Origin: Mobula hypostoma
Taxonomy: Eukaryota
DNA: 64,000 bases
NCBI RefSeq assembly: GCF_963921235.1
Contig: NC_086108.1
Span: 61,382,001 to 61,446,000 of the forward strand
Direction: 5' to 3'
Positions within the stretch are counted from its first letter, which is position 1. The number at the start of each line of letters is the position of its first letter. Positions 59,555 through 64,000 of the stretch are shown piece by piece. The notes beneath the pieces were generated by a model. It was not told the DNA's origin and did not search any database. It worked only from the letters and a program-made list of their open reading frames with translations. The translations under genes and the position numbers were made by a program.

Positions 59555-60835
59555 CACAGGTAGAAAGCAGGATAGACAAAGGAGAGTCTGTGGATGATGT
59601 GTACCTGAATTTTCAAAAGGCCTTTGACAAATTGCCTCACATCAGGCTGCTTAGCAGGATAAGAGCCCATGGTATTACAGGAAAGATTCTAGCATGGACA
59701 AATTCCCCCGGGATTAATAAAGTATGACTATGACTATGACTATGAAAGCAATGGCTGATTGGGAGGAAGAAAAGTGTGGGAGTATAGGGAGCCTTTTCTG
59801 ATTGACTGCCAGTGACTAGTGGTGTTCCAAAGGGGTCAGTGTTGGGACCGTTACATTTTACTTTGTATGTTAATGATTTGGGTGACAGAATTGATGGCCT
59901 TGTGGCCAAATTTACAGACAATGCAAAGATAGCTTGGAGGGGGAGATAGTGCTGAGGAAGCAGGAAGGCTGCAGAAGGATTTATACAGATTAGGAGAATG
60001 GACAAAGAAGTGTCCAATGGAATACAGTTTCAGGAAGTCTATGGTTATGCACTTTGGTAGAAGAAATAAAACTGTAGACTATTTTCTAAATGAGAAGAAA
60101 ATTCAAAAATGTGAGGTGCAAAGGGACTTGGGAGTCTTTGTGCAAGATTCCCTAAATGTTAACTTGCAGGTTGAGTCAGTGGTAAAGAAAACACATGCGA
60201 TGTTAGCATTCATTTCGAGAGGACTAAAATATAAAAACAAGGATGTAATGTTGAGGCTTTATAAAACATTGGTAAGGTTTCACTTGGAGTATTGTGAGCA
60301 GTCTGGGCACCTTAACAAAGAAAGGATATGCTGACATTGGAGAGAGTTCAAAGGAGGTTCATGAAAATGATTCTGGGTATGAAATGCTTATCGCATGCAG
60401 AGAGAGCATTTGACCACTCTGGGCCTGTACTCACTGGAATTTAGAATATTGGGAAGCAGTCATTGAAACCTATCAAATGCTGATATAGCGGATGTAGCCT
60501 AGATATAGTGGATGTTACAAGCATGTTTCCAATAGTGGTGGGGTCTAGGACCAGAGAACACAACCTCCAGAATAGAGGGATGTCCATTTATAATGATGGT
60601 GAGGAAGTTCTTCAGCCAGAGGCTGGTGAATCTGTGGAATTTGTTGCCACAGGCAGCTGTGGAGGTGGGGTTATTGAGTGTATGTAAAGCAGAGGTTGAT
60701 AGATTGAAGATAAGTCAGGTTATGGGGAGAAAGCTGGAGAATGGGGTTGAGCGAGAAATAGATCAGCCATGATCAAATGGTGGAGCAGACTCGATGGCCA
60801 AATAGCTTAATTCTGCTCCAATGTCTTATGGTCTT
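59555..60835 (+). mobile_element. 5'-truncated CR1 LINE
   Basis: DDVYLNFQKAFDK, GVPKGSVLGP, KFTDNAK; ORF 60017-60334; TCTTATGGTCT tail; same subfamily type as 37955-39355. Confidence 0.9.
59699..59744 (+). mobile_element. Extremely 5'-truncated Rex-type LINE tail inserted in the CR1
   Basis: AAATTCCCCCGGGATTAATAAAG followed by (TATGAC)n interrupts CR1 GCATGGA|AAAGCA; compare intact GCATGGATAAAGCA at 38284. Confidence 0.7.
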
Positions 60836-60839
60836 TAAA

Positions 60840-61152
60840 GCCATGATGAAGGTGGCACATGGCATGCTTACCTTCATAGGTTAGGGCCTAGAATATACCG
60901 GTTAGGCTATACTTGGGACATTGTGTGCATTTCTGGTCACCACACTATGGGAAGGATGTGGTTGTGTTGGAGAAAGTGCAGGGGGGATTCACTAGTACAT
61001 TGTCTAAATTGGAGGGATATAGTTCTGAGGAGGGACTGGATAGGCTGAGCTATCTCCTGGAGCAAAAGGGCCTGACGGATGACCCAACAGAAGAACGTAA
61101 GATTATGAGAATCACAGATAGAGTAGATAATAAAAATCTTTTTCCCATGGTT
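60840..61152 (+). mobile_element. Degraded CR1 fragment
   Basis: ORF 60913-61212 reads HCVHFWSPHYGKDVVVLEKVQGGFT..DRVDNKNLFP. Confidence 0.75.
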
Positions 61153-63264
61153 CATTTGTGTGTTCATCCATCCTGCAATGATGAGAAACACTCTAACTAT
61201 CCGCTGAACTAGTCTGTGGGTACGCAGGCGGCTGGACAGGCCAATCCACACTTGAAAATTCTTTGGCGGTGTGGACAAAAGATGGCAGCCGCGTTGGGCT
61301 GCGGGTCACTGGCTTGGGCTTTCCTGGCCAGCCTATGTCTCTCTGCTGCAATTGTCCCTTCTGCCTCATGCGTGACTGCATCGAGCTGGTGGGCAGAGTG
61401 CCACTCAACCCAATCCTGGGTGACATGTTCCCATGTGTCTGGGTTGATGCCAAAGGCTTTTAGTAAAGTTTTCAGAGTGTCTTTACAACATTTCCTTTGG
61501 CTTCTGTGGGAATGCTTTCGTTTACATAGTGCACCATAAAACAGTCTCTTAGACAGCTGATGGTCTGGCCTGAGCTACATGACCTGCCCAGTGTAACTGG
61601 AACTGCATCAGGAAAGTGTAGATACAGGACAGGCCCACCTTAGTAAGTATCTCAGTGTCAGGAATTCTATTTTGCCACTTAATGCTGAGGAGCTTTGCGA
61701 GGCCGACTGTATGGAAATGGTTCAATTTCTTGGCATGCTGTTGGTACACTGTCCATATTTCACAGGCCTAAAGCAGAGTGGGAAGAACTATGACTCTATA
61801 AACATTCTGCTTCGTCTGTAGACTTATACCTCTTCTGTTCAGGACGACGGTATGAAGTCTACCTAAGGGTACACTTCCTTTGCCAATCCTAGTGTTTACT
61901 TCATCGTCAATGGCAATGTTCTGGGACTGTGTGATGCTAAGATACGTGAACCTATTCACTGGGTTGAGCCTTTGGCTATTGATTATGATGTTTGGCTCAA
62001 TGTATCATTTCCCCGGTGCATTACTTCAGTCTTCTTGGTGTTGATGGTAAGCCCAAAATTGGTACATGCATCAGAAAACATGTCAACGCTGCACTGCATA
62101 TCATCTTCTGAGTCAGCATTAAGGGCACAGTCATCAGCAAACAGGAGCTTTTCTGTTAGTACTGCACCTCCTTCCCCATGGGCCTCAGCTGGTATTGCAT
62201 CTGATCCAGGAGCTTTGCTGCTAGAGAGCAGATGTATTGCTGCCTGTGTCTCTGCTAAGGTCAGTGGGACATCCAGTGCTTCCTTGACAGGTACTTGGGG
62301 CAGGTGATTAGTGGCTTTGTCATTTATAGTCGAAGGATGATTCAGAACACTTTTAAAGTACTCAGCCCACCTATGAAGAGTTTTCTCTTTTTCCATGATC
62401 AGTGTGTTCCCACGAGCACTAAGGAGAGGGGAAGATCCTGATGATGTGGGGCCATAGACTTCTTTTAGTGCAGTGTAGAAGTTCTTTAAATCATACTTAT
62501 CTGCGTACATCTGGATCTCATCAGCTTTATTGCTCAACCAGGAATCCTGCATCAAGCACAGTTTGTGTTGAACAGTCTTTGATCTACTATTGAAGGCATC
62601 CTTCTTTGAGATGGACTTAGGGTCACTGAGGAAAGCATTGTAGAGTCGATGTTTCTCATCCAGCAGTTGTTCGATGTTGACACAGTTTTCATCAAACCAG
62701 TCCTTGTGCTTTCTGGTTGCAGGCCCCACAAACTCCGTAGCAGTGTTGTAGATCAGTTCTCAAAGGGTTGACCAAGCAGCTTCCACATTCTGATTGTCCG
62801 GAGGGCAGGATTTTAAGTGGTCTTCCAGAGGGTCAACAAAAGACTGCTTTATGTTGCTGCTTACCAGCTTGGAGACATTCTGCTGTCTTGGGGCTTTCTT
62901 TCCATGAGGGCGTCTCTTAGGCTGGATATGGATGTTCAGATTAGAAATGATGAGTCAATGGTCTATGCAGCATTCAGCACTGCACACAGATTTTGTCACC
63001 TTTACATCTTGCCCGTCTCTCTTCCTGACAATGATGTAGACAATTAGGTGCCAGTACTTAGAGCGGGGATGCATCCACGAAGTTCTGTTACAGGTGGGAA
63101 AGCAGAGACTGTGCTGGTGATTAACAATTCATGTTCAGCTCATGTCTGAAGTAGTAGAAGACTGTTGTACTTGCAGCGGCCAACACCATCATTCCCAATG
63201 ACCCCACCTCTGGAATTGATGTTAGAAGCTACTCTTGGGTTGAGATCACCAAGGATGATAAGTT

Positions 63265-63757
63265 CGAAGATGGGAGAATTTGTAGATGCTGGAAATCCAA
63301 GCAAACACACACAAAATGCTTGAGGAACTCAGCAGGCCAGGCAGCATCTATGGAAAAGAGTAAACAGTCAACGTTTCGGGCCAAGATCCTTCATCAGGAC
63401 TGAAAAATAAATGATGAGGAGTTAGAGCAAGAAGGTGAGGGGAGGGAAGGAAGTAGTACAAGGTGGTAGGTGATAGGGGAAACCAGGAGGGGGGAGGGGT
63501 GAAGTAAAGAGCTGGGAAGCTGATTGGTGAAAGAGATAAAGGGCTGGAGAAGGGGGAATCTGATAAGAGAGGATAGAAGACCATGGAAGGAAGAAAAGGA
63601 GAAGAGCATCAGAGGGAGGTGGTAAGCAAGTAAGGAGATAATGTGAGAGAGAGAAAAACAGGAATGGGAACGCTGAGGGGTCTCAACCCAAAATGTTGAC
63701 TGGTTACTCTTTTCCATAGATGCTGCATGGCCTGCTGAGTTCCTCCAGCATTTTGTG
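63265..63757. mobile_element. Penelope-type insertion with inverted terminal arms, nested in the RTE
   Basis: Arms at about 63312-63390 and 63675-63757 are inverted repeats; TSD AAGGATGATAAGTT (63251-63264) / AAGAATGATAAGTT (63758-63771). Confidence 0.8.
63365..63402 (-). ncRNA. Minimal type I hammerhead ribozyme motif
   Basis: Minus strand CAGUC-CUGAUGA-AGGAUCUUGGCCC-GAAA-CGUU-GACUG: stem I CAGUC/GACUG, intact CUGAUGA and GAAA core boxes, palindromic ACGU stem III. Confidence 0.75.
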
Positions 63758-64000
63758 AAGAATGATAAGTTTGTCCACTATGGGGACAGTTGCAATAACT
63801 GAATGCAGTTCTTCATAGAATTTATCCTTGACATGATTTGGGTTGGTCATGGTTGGGGCATAAACGCTGACGATGGTGACAAGCTTCCTCCCATGCAACA
63901 GGGGGAGTTTCATGGTCATACACACTCTTTGGATGTCCAGCAAGCTTGCCCGGTATCTCCATTTTCTCTGCAAATCTAACCACATCAGTCTTGATTTCCT

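Larger units (their letters stand above)
61160..64000 (-). mobile_element. RTE-clade LINE (APE-RT), degraded and internally deleted, running off the window end
   Basis: TIVSVYAPTM..KDKFYEEL..DKLIILGD (APE); RKHKDWFDEN; KAPGSDAIPAE; LLFADDCAL; FGLTINTKKTEV; YRVIVLPTLL; LLSIKWQNRIPDTEIL..QLHWAGHV; SHQIPTE-like C-terminal region. Confidence 0.92.

Overview
Eukaryotic, repeat-dense, AT-rich DNA. The repeat families (CR1 LINEs with SGNH-esterase ORF1, Rex1/Babar-type LINEs, a V-domain tRNA SINE, Penelope-type terminal repeats) suggest a cartilaginous fish such as a ray or shark; this is inference. I found no convincing intact host gene, tRNA/rRNA gene or CRISPR array, so the window looks intergenic or intronic, built from nested transposon insertions with some unique, possibly regulatory stretches. 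Main highlights: (1) a 3.4-kb non-autonomous Ty3/Gypsy LTR element (18338-21732, minus; AGGA target-site duplication, tRNA-Pro PBS, PPT) whose RNase H/integrase region is replaced by about 0.8 kb of intron-less myosin heavy chain rod sequence, closest to MYH16 as I recall it; (2) a 535-bp non-coding insertion (53326-53860) whose 5' end folds into an HDV-like self-cleaving ribozyme with an extra hairpin in L3; (3) a Penelope-type inverted-repeat insertion (63265-63757, 14-bp TSD) carrying a minimal hammerhead ribozyme. Protein and family assignments come from manual translation and recalled motifs, not database searches. Boundaries of old repeats are approximate.
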